Source: Candidatus Babeliales bacterium
GTDB lineage: Bacteria > Babelota > Babeliae > Babelales > JACPOV01
Direction: 5' to 3'
Assembly (NCBI GenBank): GCA_040879965.1
Contig: JBBDJI010000007.1
Span: 29,393-93,392 of the forward strand
DNA length: 64,000 bases
Shown here: in pieces, positions 17,021-26,286 of the stretch
Position numbering within the stretch: the first letter of the stretch is position 1
Layout: every line of letters begins with the position of its first letter
Translations under genes and position numbers: made by a program
The notes under the pieces: generated by a model
Told to the model about the DNA's origin: nothing
What the model saw: only the letters and a program-made list of their open reading frames with translations
Database searches by the model: none

Positions 17021-18334
17021 ATGAAAGAAATAAAAATCAATTTTAAAAATACGCTTTTAAATAAAGAATTGATTGAAAAAGAAGGGGAGAGGCTGGATGC
17101 AGAAATACAAACAGTTAGAGATCTTCATGCCGGCTATGAAACACCTTATAGTTTTATTAATCTGCCTTTCGATGAACAATATCAAGCAATAATAGAGCAA
17201 TTAGTATCAGAAAAAAAACAACTAAAGCCAACGCTAATAGTAGTGATTGGTATTGGTGGTTCTAACTTAGGTACTATCGCAATTATCGAAAGTGTTTTAG
17301 GAAAATTCTATAATGAAGATCAAAAAAGACCAAAGATTTATTTTGCGGATACGGTAGATACTAATTATATCAATGCCATATATCAATTGTGTGAGCGTGA
17401 GCTTGAAAATGATAATACCATTTTAATTAATGCGGTTACTAAATCTGGCACAACAACCGAAACAATAGCTAATTTTGAAGTTTTTCTTAATTTACTTATA
17501 AAATATCGCCCGGCTGATTATCAGCAATACGTTGTAGTAACAACCGATCAAGGTTCTTGTCTTGAAGCAATTGCGCAAGAAAAAAAGTTTGCAATATTAT
17601 CAATACCAAAACAAGTGGGAGGTCGTTATTCTGTTTTTTCTGCTGTAGGATTGTTTGCATTTGTTATGCTTGATATCGATATAAGAAGCTTACTTGCCGG
17701 AGCTCGAGATATAACTACGATTTGTATTTCAAAAGAAATAGAAAATAATTATGCCGCTAAAAGTGCCATAATCAAATATCTCCATTATAAAAATGATATT
17801 ATAATTAATGACTTATTTGTTTTTTCGGTGCAATTAGAATCAATCGGTAAATGGTATCGCCAACTAATGGGTGAAAGTATTGGTAAAGAATTTGATACGG
17901 AAAATCAGCGAGTGAATACTGGTATAACACCGACTGTTTCGGTAGGTAGTATCGATTTACACTCAGTAGGACAATTGTATTTAGGTGGTCCGCGCGATAA
18001 GTTTATTACTTTTTTAACAATAGAAAAACTCAAGAATGAATTGACATTGCCTACTTTCAAAGAATTTGATAATTGTGTTGCCAACATTCAAGGTAAATCG
18101 TTATCATATATACTGGATGCAATAGTTAAGGGGGTCAAAATTGCATATCAAAACGATAATCGTCCTTTTTATTCAATTGAGCTACCTGAATTATCAGCCT
18201 ATTATGTTGGACAATTATTACAAATGTATATGATTGAAATGGTTTATCTTGGTTATTTACTAAAAGTAAATCCATTTGATCAGCCTAATGTTGAATTGTA
18301 TAAAAAAGAGACCCGAAAGATTTTGGCGCAATGA
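17021..18334 (+). CDS. pgi: Glucose-6-phosphate isomerase
   Basis: 437 aa. PGI motifs IGIGGSNLGT and G.RYSV.SAVG. Strong AAAGGAG RBS. Its stop overlaps the zwf start. Confidence 0.75.
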   Translation: MKEIKINFKNTLLNKELIEKEGERLDAEIQTVRDLHAGYETPYSFINLPFDEQYQAIIEQLVSEKKQLKPTLIVVIGIGGSNLGTIAIIESVLGKFYNEDQKRPKIYFADTVDTNYINAIYQLCERELENDNTILINAVTKSGTTTETIANFEVFLNLLIKYRPADYQQYVVVTTDQGSCLEAIAQEKKFAILSIPKQVGGRYSVFSAVGLFAFVMLDIDIRSLLAGARDITTICISKEIENNYAAKSAIIKYLHYKNDIIINDLFVFSVQLESIGKWYRQLMGESIGKEFDTENQRVNTGITPTVSVGSIDLHSVGQLYLGGPRDKFITFLTIEKLKNELTLPTFKEFDNCVANIQGKSLSYILDAIVKGVKIAYQNDNRPFYSIELPELSAYYVGQLLQMYMIEMVYLGYLLKVNPFDQPNVELYKKETRKILAQ

Positions 18335-19734
18335 AAAATTGTACATTTGTTATCTTAGGTGCTACCGGTGATCTGACAAAAAGAAAACTGATTCCGGCAC
18401 TTTATAGATTAATTCAAGATAAAAAAATTGATAATTTTTTAATTGTAGGTGCCGCGATTGATCAAGTTGCGGCTGATGAATTTATTGAGCGAGGGCGAGA
18501 TTTTATTTCAACTATCGATGAGAACATTTGGGCGCAATTAAAAAAAGCTTCTTATTATCAAAAACTTGATTTTAATAAGCCATCGGATTTTATACATTTA
18601 ACAAAATTTGTTAATCAATTAGAAAAAGAACACAATTTGCCAGGAAATCGTATTGTGTATTTAGCAGTTCCAGCACATTTTTTTTGTGATATTACTGAAC
18701 AAATTGGCAAATCTGGTTTGGTTAAAACTGCAGGTGAAGATGGTTTAGTTAATGGTGTTTGGCAACGCATTGTATATGAAAAACCATTTGGTGTAAGTCT
18801 TCAATCTGCGTGTAAAACTAATGAGTGCATAGTAGATTATTTTAACGAAAACCAAATTTATCGTATTGATCATTACCTAACCAAAGAATTAGTAAGTAGT
18901 ATTGTTTTAGTGCGTTTTACCAATATGATTTTTGAACCACTTTGGAACAAAAAATATATCGATAATATCCAAATTATTTTAAGTGAGACGCTGGGCGTAG
19001 AAGGGCGCGGTCGTTATTATGATAAATATGGTGCTTTAAAAGATGTAGTACAAAATCATATGATGCAATTATTAGCTTTAGTAGCCATGGAACTTCCAGA
19101 AGAGATCATTGCTAAGCATGTTCGGGATCAAAAAGCGGCAGTGCTTCAACAAACAAGTTGCGTAGATGGTATTTTAGGTCAATATGAAGGATACCGAAGT
19201 GAAAAAGATGTTGCGCGCGATTCAGATACACCAACTTTTGCTGCGCTTAAAATGATGGTTGATACGCCGCGATGGCAAGGAGTTCCTTTTTATTTGAAGA
19301 CTGGAAAAGCATTATATAAAAAAGATACTTCAATTCATATTAAATTCAAAGAAGTGCCATGCAGTTTGCGCAACCATTGTATTTATACTTCTAACTACCT
19401 CACTATTCAAATTTCGCCTGATGCGAGTTTTTCAATACAATTAAATACTAAAAAACCTGGCGCAACTCATGAGGTTACCCCAATCAATTTATATTTCAGT
19501 CATAATTACGTTTTTGGTACAACAACACCAGAAGCTTACGAAGTGTTATTTGAGCAAATTATGAATGGTGAACAATCAGTTTCTGTACGGTTTGATGAAA
19601 TTGAGTATTCTTGGGAGGTTGTAGATAACATAGAAAAAATGAATCTTCCACAATATCAATATAAGCAAGGAAGCAAAGGACCAGAGGAACTGCAAGAATT
19701 TGATAAGAAAAATAAGATAGGATGGCGTGCATGA
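18331..19734 (+). CDS. zwf: Glucose-6-phosphate 1-dehydrogenase
   Basis: 467 aa. N-terminal ILGATGDLTKRKLIPAL NADP-binding motif and the YRIDHYLTKE active-site motif. ATGA overlap with pgi. Confidence 0.85.
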   Translation: MKNCTFVILGATGDLTKRKLIPALYRLIQDKKIDNFLIVGAAIDQVAADEFIERGRDFISTIDENIWAQLKKASYYQKLDFNKPSDFIHLTKFVNQLEKEHNLPGNRIVYLAVPAHFFCDITEQIGKSGLVKTAGEDGLVNGVWQRIVYEKPFGVSLQSACKTNECIVDYFNENQIYRIDHYLTKELVSSIVLVRFTNMIFEPLWNKKYIDNIQIILSETLGVEGRGRYYDKYGALKDVVQNHMMQLLALVAMELPEEIIAKHVRDQKAAVLQQTSCVDGILGQYEGYRSEKDVARDSDTPTFAALKMMVDTPRWQGVPFYLKTGKALYKKDTSIHIKFKEVPCSLRNHCIYTSNYLTIQISPDASFSIQLNTKKPGATHEVTPINLYFSHNYVFGTTTPEAYEVLFEQIMNGEQSVSVRFDEIEYSWEVVDNIEKMNLPQYQYKQGSKGPEELQEFDKKNKIGWRA

Positions 19735-20624
19735 AATTGGGTATTATTGGGCTCGGCAAAATGGGCAAGGCGATTGCATATCGTGTTTTGCAAGCAAATC
19801 ATGAAGTTATTGGCTACGATCGTGATGAAACAGTTTTGCGTGATGCAGAAAAAATTGGTGTAAGCCCAGCAAAAAACATAGAAGAAATAACAAAACAAAC
19901 GAATATAATTTGGATAATGGTTCCACCCGGTGATACCGTCGATGCGGTTTTAACTAAATTACATAAATTATTACCCGCTGGTTCAATAATTATTGATGGC
20001 GGTAATAGTAAATTTACGCAATCAATTGAAAGAGCTGAAATATGTAAAAAATTAAGCATTCGTTTTTTAGATTGTGGTACTTCCGGTGGGTTACGTGGAC
20101 AAACAACCGGATTTTCGTTAATGATTGGTGGTGATCATAATGCATATGAAGAAATTAAATCTTTGCTGCAAGCAATTGCGGCACCGAATGGTTATGGATA
20201 TATGGGTGAATCTGGCACAGGGCATTATGTAAAAATGGTACATAATGGTATTGAATACGCATTAATGCAAGCATACGCTGATGGCTTTAACTTATTAAAA
20301 AATGGTCATTTTAAAAATTTAGATTTAGCAAATATCGCTTCAGTTTGGCGAAATGGCTCAGTTATCCGTTCTTGGCTTTTAGAATTAATTCATGAAATTT
20401 TAATGAATGATCAAGACTTGAAAGATATTTCTGGAGAGGTTGCTGAAAGTGGCATGGGACGTTGGACGGTTGAAGATGCGCAAGAACATAACATCCCGAT
20501 ACCGCTTATAGAAGATGCACTTGCAATTCGATATTGGTCACAAAAAACGGGAGGCAATTACAGTACAAAAATTGTGGCTTTGTTACGCCATAAATTTGGT
20601 GGACATGCGGTAAAAAAGCTTTAA
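19731..20624 (+). CDS. gnd: 6-phosphogluconate dehydrogenase, decarboxylating (short ~300-aa Gnd/YqeC-like form)
   Basis: MKLGIIGLGKMGKAIA Rossmann motif. The ATG at 19731 overlaps the zwf TGA (ATGA). An upstream in-frame ATG at 19722 is an alternative start. Confidence 0.75.
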   Translation: MKLGIIGLGKMGKAIAYRVLQANHEVIGYDRDETVLRDAEKIGVSPAKNIEEITKQTNIIWIMVPPGDTVDAVLTKLHKLLPAGSIIIDGGNSKFTQSIERAEICKKLSIRFLDCGTSGGLRGQTTGFSLMIGGDHNAYEEIKSLLQAIAAPNGYGYMGESGTGHYVKMVHNGIEYALMQAYADGFNLLKNGHFKNLDLANIASVWRNGSVIRSWLLELIHEILMNDQDLKDISGEVAESGMGRWTVEDAQEHNIPIPLIEDALAIRYWSQKTGGNYSTKIVALLRHKFGGHAVKKL

Positions 20625-20663
20625 GATAGTCATATTGAATATTAATTATTTTATAGGATTATA

Positions 20664-21173
20664 ATGAAAAAATTTTCTTTACTTGTAGTTTTATTGTTTT
20701 TAACTTTATCGTTGCAAAGTTTTGATAGTAAAATAACTTTTGATTTCGAAGCATCGAAAAAAGATATTTTTGAAGAAAAAAAATCAGATGAAGAGCAAGC
20801 TGTAGCAGAAAAAATAAAAAATGCTCAAAGAGGAATGTTAAAGCTTATTTTTGAAAAATTTAGAATAAGTGAAAAAGCTAAAAAAAATGGAAATGGTGAA
20901 CAAGTAGATATTGCTATTGGAGCAGCCCAAAGGATATTTGAAGAAAGTGATGGTCTTTTTAAAGATTTGTGGATCAGGTTTCTTTCAGGAAATATATCAT
21001 CAGAAAAATTTAATTTAGAACGATTGAAAATACTAGAAAAATTGCCAAGAAATGAAGATTACAAATATACTGACTATGATATGAAAATTTATTTTGGCAA
21101 AGGATTGGGTGTTGGTATCGCCGGTGGGGTTTTTGCTTCGCTTATTATTAAGTTGGTTTTATTGTCTTCTTAG
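20664..21173 (+). CDS. Hypothetical secreted protein with a C-terminal hydrophobic anchor
   Basis: 169 aa with a signal peptide. Lys/Glu-rich. Confidence 0.45.
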   Translation: MKKFSLLVVLLFLTLSLQSFDSKITFDFEASKKDIFEEKKSDEEQAVAEKIKNAQRGMLKLIFEKFRISEKAKKNGNGEQVDIAIGAAQRIFEESDGLFKDLWIRFLSGNISSEKFNLERLKILEKLPRNEDYKYTDYDMKIYFGKGLGVGIAGGVFASLIIKLVLLSS

Positions 21174-21351
21174 TTATTAACTGAATCTTTGAGATAGCCT
21201 TTTTTTTGTTTTTTTATATATTGAATTTTTTTTCTTGGCCCATAATAGACTTATAATTCAGAATAATTTTACTGACAAAATCATTAATTAGTGTAGTAAA
21301 AAAAGGTTTTAGAGTGTTTTTATTCATGCAAGAAGTTTGATAGAATAAGAT

Positions 21352-21368
21352 AATTGATTATCAATTAA
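21352..21368. promoter_or_regulatory. Perfect 17-bp palindrome TAATTGAT-T-ATCAATTA immediately upstream of the cyclase gene
   Basis: 8-bp perfect arms, 18 bp upstream of the ATG at 21386. A TTGATA -35-like hexamer sits ~20 bp further upstream. Confidence 0.35.
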
Positions 21369-21385
21369 AAATAGGAAGATTATTA

Positions 21386-22012
21386 ATGAAAGTTATTGAT
21401 ATAAGTTGGCCTATTAGTGAGAAAATGACTGAATACAAAGACGGTAAAACAGTAAAGTTAACCCCCGTAAAGAGTATGGAAAATAATGGAGCGCGTGAAT
21501 ATAATTTAAGTATGAGTAATCATACAGGTACGCATGTTGATGCAGCCGCGCATTTTTTAGCCACTGGTCAAACTATTGACCGCATTGAACTTTCTTTGCT
21601 TGTGGGCCCATGCCGTGTATTAGATTTAACTTCTGTGGTTGATAAAATTACGCCGCAAGATTTAGAAGGATTTAATATTTCTCAGCATGAGATTATTTTA
21701 TTAAAAACCACTAATAGTTTTCGAGAAGCTACCGATCGTTTTACTTATAGTTTTGTTTATATTGATAAAGAAGCAGCTGAATATTTAGTTGCTCAAAATA
21801 TAAAAGCCATAGGCTTCGATTATTTAGGAATCGAACGTAATCAACCAGAGCATGAAACGCATAAAGCCTTTATGCAATTCAATATTCCTATTGTGGAAGG
21901 ATTACGTTTGGGTGCTGTATCATCAGGAAATTATTTTTTTTGTTGTTTACCGCTTAATTGTACCGGTATCGATTCAGCACCAGCTCGCGCGATATTAATA
22001 GAAGATTTATAG
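21386..22012 (+). CDS. Cyclase family protein (kynurenine formamidase/arylformamidase-like)
   Basis: 208 aa. HTGTHVDAAAHF metal-binding signature of the putative cyclase family. Confidence 0.7.
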   Translation: MKVIDISWPISEKMTEYKDGKTVKLTPVKSMENNGAREYNLSMSNHTGTHVDAAAHFLATGQTIDRIELSLLVGPCRVLDLTSVVDKITPQDLEGFNISQHEIILLKTTNSFREATDRFTYSFVYIDKEAAEYLVAQNIKAIGFDYLGIERNQPEHETHKAFMQFNIPIVEGLRLGAVSSGNYFFCCLPLNCTGIDSAPARAILIEDL

Positions 22013-22017
22013 TAATT

Positions 22018-22578
22018 TTATTTTTCTTGCCCAAGCATTTTTTTAGTTAATACCCGCATAATACCAAAAGCAAATTGTTCAGCAGCTTTTGGTCCGGTTG
22101 CAGTAACTACTAAATCATCAGTTACAATATCATGATTTTTTTCATAAATAGCGCCATTTCCAACTAAAATTGTTTCGAGTGCATTATCACCATCCCAACC
22201 AGTGGCCTTTAATCCTCGTAATGCATCAGCTTTTGCTAAAATGCGGGTTGAGATACAAATAGCGCCATAAGGAATTTTATGCTTTTTTGCTTGCGCAGCG
22301 ATATGATAGCTTGTTGGGTTATCAAGGCAATCCATTGCACCAGGGCCACCGATAAAAAATACGCCATCATAATCAGTTACATCAAGTTTATCAATAGTTA
22401 GATCGACTGGCGTTGTTGATTTATCTTTGGCTATGGCTCCACCTGGTTTATCACTTGCGGTGAAAACACGAATTTTTGATTCTTCTAAAATTCTTTTTGG
22501 AACGCCATATTCTATGGGATGATAACCCTCGCTTGCCACAATAAACACCACTTTTTTTCCAGATAAATTAATCGACAT
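22018..22578 (-). CDS. DJ-1/PfpI family protein (class I glutamine amidotransferase-like)
   Basis: 186 aa. Nucleophile elbow GAICIS and the overall DJ-1 fold pattern. Confidence 0.6.
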   Translation of the reverse strand: MSINLSGKKVVFIVASEGYHPIEYGVPKRILEESKIRVFTASDKPGGAIAKDKSTTPVDLTIDKLDVTDYDGVFFIGGPGAMDCLDNPTSYHIAAQAKKHKIPYGAICISTRILAKADALRGLKATGWDGDNALETILVGNGAIYEKNHDIVTDDLVVTATGPKAAEQFAFGIMRVLTKKMLGQEK

Positions 22579-22626
22579 TATTTTCCTTTTAAATCAATTT
22601 ATTATTAATCTGGAGTTTAAGGATTT

Positions 22627-23613
22627 TTAGGTATGAGTGTCAACATTCTTATATTTTGCCGAATATATTTTTAAATCCTGATTCGATATATTACTTACCA
22701 TGTTTAATGCATTAAAAAATATATCTTTATAGGGGATTTTTTGATCTATTGATTCAAGGTATATTGATGCGCTAATTGACTGCTTATATTTACCTATTCG
22801 TTTAATCGTTGTTTTGTCTGATAAGTTTTTGCGCATTCTGCCAAATGCGGTAAGAAATCTTTTATCTGCAGTACCGCTCCAATATGGGAAATATAAGTTT
22901 TTAATTTCAGTAAGTTCGGATAACCTACTAATACAATCAAAAATACGAATCGATGGTTGCATTACAATAAAATGATCAATAGTGCTTTTTCCATACAGTT
23001 TATTTAATGTTGGCATTAGAATATATTCAAGCCAAGTTTCTCCAGAAGGCCGTTGTGCCAGATAACCAGGGTCAATAACAATAACATTATTATTTTCATA
23101 CATAACGGTAACAACACCATTATTGCATTTTAGAGGAACAACATCATTTTTTGGCTTATAGAGCTGTTTTAAAGATATGACAATCATTATAAATAATAGG
23201 ATCCAATATAAGGTTTTACTGATTTGATTAAATTTATTTTTATGGATGAGTGCAAAAGCAGATAAAAGAATAAAAAAAATGATAAAAAAAGGTGGAATTG
23301 CAAAGCTTATAAGCCAAGAAGATGAGCCTTTACAAAGAACAGAAAAAATAAAATTAGATAATGTATTAAGAGCGATAACAATCCATTGATTTGGCAAATA
23401 AAAAACTTGAGTGAAAAATAATAAGGAAGCCAAGAATAAAAAAAGCATTAAAAAGGGTCCAAAAAAAATATTACTCATAAGGCCAATAAAAGAAAAAGCC
23501 TGTCCCCAATAGATTAAAATCGGTAATGAAATAATGCTTATACAAAGCTGTATTTCAAGAGCACGGATAATCCAGGAAAAATATTTTGATGTATATTGCG
23601 TTAATATTTTCAT
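22627..23613 (-). CDS. Hypothetical polytopic membrane protein
   Basis: 328 aa. Multiple hydrophobic segments at the N-terminus and a soluble C-terminal half. Confidence 0.45.
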   Translation of the reverse strand: MKILTQYTSKYFSWIIRALEIQLCISIISLPILIYWGQAFSFIGLMSNIFFGPFLMLFLFLASLLFFTQVFYLPNQWIVIALNTLSNFIFSVLCKGSSSWLISFAIPPFFIIFFILLSAFALIHKNKFNQISKTLYWILLFIMIVISLKQLYKPKNDVVPLKCNNGVVTVMYENNNVIVIDPGYLAQRPSGETWLEYILMPTLNKLYGKSTIDHFIVMQPSIRIFDCISRLSELTEIKNLYFPYWSGTADKRFLTAFGRMRKNLSDKTTIKRIGKYKQSISASIYLESIDQKIPYKDIFFNALNMVSNISNQDLKIYSAKYKNVDTHT

Positions 23614-24036
23614 AAAAGAATAAACCTAAAAAAATCCTCAACTATTGCCTTTTTGGTTGAAAGTATACTACGATAACTAATGAGGACGATGCTCATGTAG
23701 AGCCCCAAAGGATACGGTGAAACCAATTTGGGATTGTGGGTATTGTCCTCTTCTTCTTAATAAATATAAATAATCTTGTAGGTTTCATAAAAATTTATTC
23801 TCAGTTTACTGAAAATAAGAATAAATAGATACCTTTGCCCTATATTCTATTGGAAATTTTAAAATGAATAATGTGGTATTTGCGGCAACCATTGATTTTT
23901 TGTTTCAGTTCAAATTAGAATATATGGTAGAGGGCGGATGTTTTTTGATTAGTAAAAGCAGGTCTTTGAATATCATTTTGTAGAAACGTCTGTCCTCGGG
24001 TTTAAAGTAAATTTAGGGTAAAAAAAGGAAAAAGTT

Positions 24037-24651
24037 ATGAAAAGTATAAAAAAAAATTTAATTATTTTTACTATTTTTTTCAGTGTTTTTAATATTTCAA
24101 ATCTTGTATCTTCTCAAAAGCCGACTCGTTTTATGAGAACTAATGGTACGCAATATAGCCCGGGTCCTATTATAGAAAAAGTATCTACAAATGGTGAACA
24201 AAATCTCATAGAGCATGCAACCATGATTAAGGGAAATTTGGAAGATGGGAATATTGAAGGTGCTTTAGCTACATTGTCTGAACATAAGGTTACGACTGGT
24301 AATGCAAAACTTAACAAAACTTATGATAATATAAAAAAACGTATAGGCATTGTTTTACAAGGTGGCACATTAACTGAAAAACAAATTTCTGATTTGCATA
24401 AAGATTTTACTATTTTAGCTGATGCGCATCCTGCTTTTGAAGAGATTCACAATTTAACAAATGCTGCAATATTTAAAAAAGCACATGAATTACACAAAAA
24501 AGGCTTGGCTATGTTAAAGACTGGTAATAATAAAGCTGCCATGGAAGTCTTAAATCAAACAAATTCATGGCTTAAATTACTAAGCCCGTATTTTGATAAG
24601 CTAGGTGAATCTGAGTTAACTGTTCAAAAAATAATTGAATTAAAAGAATAA
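24037..24651 (+). CDS. Hypothetical secreted protein
   Basis: 204 aa with a signal peptide. Helical, Lys-rich. Confidence 0.45.
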   Translation: MKSIKKNLIIFTIFFSVFNISNLVSSQKPTRFMRTNGTQYSPGPIIEKVSTNGEQNLIEHATMIKGNLEDGNIEGALATLSEHKVTTGNAKLNKTYDNIKKRIGIVLQGGTLTEKQISDLHKDFTILADAHPAFEEIHNLTNAAIFKKAHELHKKGLAMLKTGNNKAAMEVLNQTNSWLKLLSPYFDKLGESELTVQKIIELKE

Positions 24652-25015
24652 ATATTCATATTAATAGTGATAAAAAAATATGAAGTTACAAAATACGTTA
24701 CAAACAATTAAAAATTATTTAAAAAACTTGGGGAAAAGTCCTATGTTGCCTTCAGTTTTAATAAGAAGTGGTGTGCCGATGCGTTCTGATGTCAAATATA
24801 TAAAAGAAAAGAAAAAAGGTATAATTGGAAAATTTTGGGATCGTATATGGTCCTTTTTTTCCTAAAAAGATATTGGGTTTTTAAAAAAGAGAAAAATGTA
24901 TAAAAAGCAAAAAAACCCTTGAAACTAAGCGTTATTTTCTATTATGATTAACTATGAAGAGGTAGTTTACACAAATGCATCAAAAATAGAGATTAAGTAA
25001 TCATAAGGAGATAAA

Positions 25016-25201
25016 ATGAAAAATCTTAAAAAGGCAATTTTACTCGTTGGTCTTGTTAGCATGATGTCAAACTTAAGTTTAGCAGCTGCTATTAGAGCCG
25101 GAAATTATAATAATAACGACGATATAGAGATGGATGATGATTTGGATGATGAAGAAGTTGAACTTGAAGAGGAAGTTGAGCTTGAAACAGACACAGATTA
25201 A
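25016..25201 (+). CDS. Small secreted acidic protein (signal peptide plus a D/E-rich tail)
   Basis: 61 aa. MKNLKKAILLVGLVSMMSNLSLAAA, then NDDIEMDDDLDDEEVELEEEVELETDTD. GGAG RBS. Followed by the hairpin TCTGGGAC-attaattt-GTCCCAGA (25217-25240). Confidence 0.4.
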   Translation: MKNLKKAILLVGLVSMMSNLSLAAAIRAGNYNNNDDIEMDDDLDDEEVELEEEVELETDTD

Positions 25202-25258
25202 GATGTGTACGCTTTATCTGGGACATTAATTTGTCCCAGAGCTAAATTTTAAAAGGGG

Positions 25259-25975
25259 TTGGTATATATGAAGATCATGAATTTGATTTTTTTCTTTAGT
25301 ATATCAATCTCTTTTTTTATTTATCCAATGGCAGAAAATGTAATGATGGGTATGAAATATGAAGCGATGGTTACTCCTCAAGTTTTGTATAATATTGATG
25401 CAAACCATCGTGACTTACTAGAGCAAATTATTAGAGAAGCGTATCGAAGAGATACGGGGGAAGGGCGGTTAATCGCCTTAGGAAGAATAGGAATGTTAAA
25501 TAGTGGTAATCGTGAACTTAATGCTGTTTTCATGAATATGGGTATAAGTTTAACTTTAATTAATAAAGATTCGGTTGGTATTTATCAGCAATTAGTACCC
25601 ACCGTTAGTCTTATGCAGCAATATTTTAATACCTTGATTAGGCATTCATCAGGTTTGACTCATAAAATTTTTACTCGAATGAATAGGTTATTTCGATCTA
25701 CTTTGTTTCTTAGAGCATGGGAGCTTTATCAAGAAGCATTATCGCTATTAAGAGTTCCGCAACAGGAACAAACATTGTATATGGAAATGTCTGTACCGCA
25801 ACAAGCTTTACAATTAATTACTAGAGCACAAGCGCTCTTATTTCACTTAAAAGATACCAGCATTGAAGCGCGTGCACTTTATGACCAGTTAGACACCTAT
25901 CAACCAGTACCATTTGCACGAGAAGCGCAAGCCATGGCAACAATGATGACAGGTGGTATGATGGAGGGTGGCTAA
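25259..25975 (+). CDS. Hypothetical secreted protein
   Basis: 238 aa with a hydrophobic N-terminus. The alternative start at 25268 (MKIMNL) is equally plausible. Confidence 0.4.
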   Translation: MVYMKIMNLIFFFSISISFFIYPMAENVMMGMKYEAMVTPQVLYNIDANHRDLLEQIIREAYRRDTGEGRLIALGRIGMLNSGNRELNAVFMNMGISLTLINKDSVGIYQQLVPTVSLMQQYFNTLIRHSSGLTHKIFTRMNRLFRSTLFLRAWELYQEALSLLRVPQQEQTLYMEMSVPQQALQLITRAQALLFHLKDTSIEARALYDQLDTYQPVPFAREAQAMATMMTGGMMEGG

Positions 25976-26006
25976 TAAAATAAAAATCATTTTTAATTCC
26001 TGAATA

Positions 26007-26285
26007 TTGCGTTATTATTTGAAAACTTTTATGGTAAAACAAAAAGTATGGATGATAATGTTAAGATATATTATTTGTTTACCACTATTTTTTGTCTTTC
26101 AATGGATAATTTCTACTGGTCAAACTGATTTGTTGCACCAAAAAGTCCGAAATAATTTTTTTCAAAAACTACCTCCAAATAAGCAAGTATATAATATTGC
26201 GCAGCTCATGTTGCGCAAGCAAAAAATGCAACGTTTGCAAAAACGTATAGTTAATATATTTCAGAAAGCTAAACAAGCGGAGTAA
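26007..26285 (+). CDS. Hypothetical small membrane protein
   Basis: 92 aa. One TM segment and a basic C-terminus. Ends 1 nt before the tkt start. Confidence 0.3.
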   Translation: MRYYLKTFMVKQKVWMIMLRYIICLPLFFVFQWIISTGQTDLLHQKVRNNFFQKLPPNKQVYNIAQLMLRKQKMQRLQKRIVNIFQKAKQAE

Positions 26286-26286
26286 G

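Noticed and set aside
19722-19730. Upstream in-frame ATG (MAC-MKLG...) as the gnd start
   Set aside because: The ATG at 19731 forms the classic ATGA overlap with the zwf stop and begins directly at the Rossmann motif. The earlier ATG would add three residues inside the zwf coding region.
24680-24865. 61-aa basic ORF between secreted-protein genes
   Set aside because: No RBS, a lysine-rich composition typical of AT-rich noise, and no hydrophobic segment.
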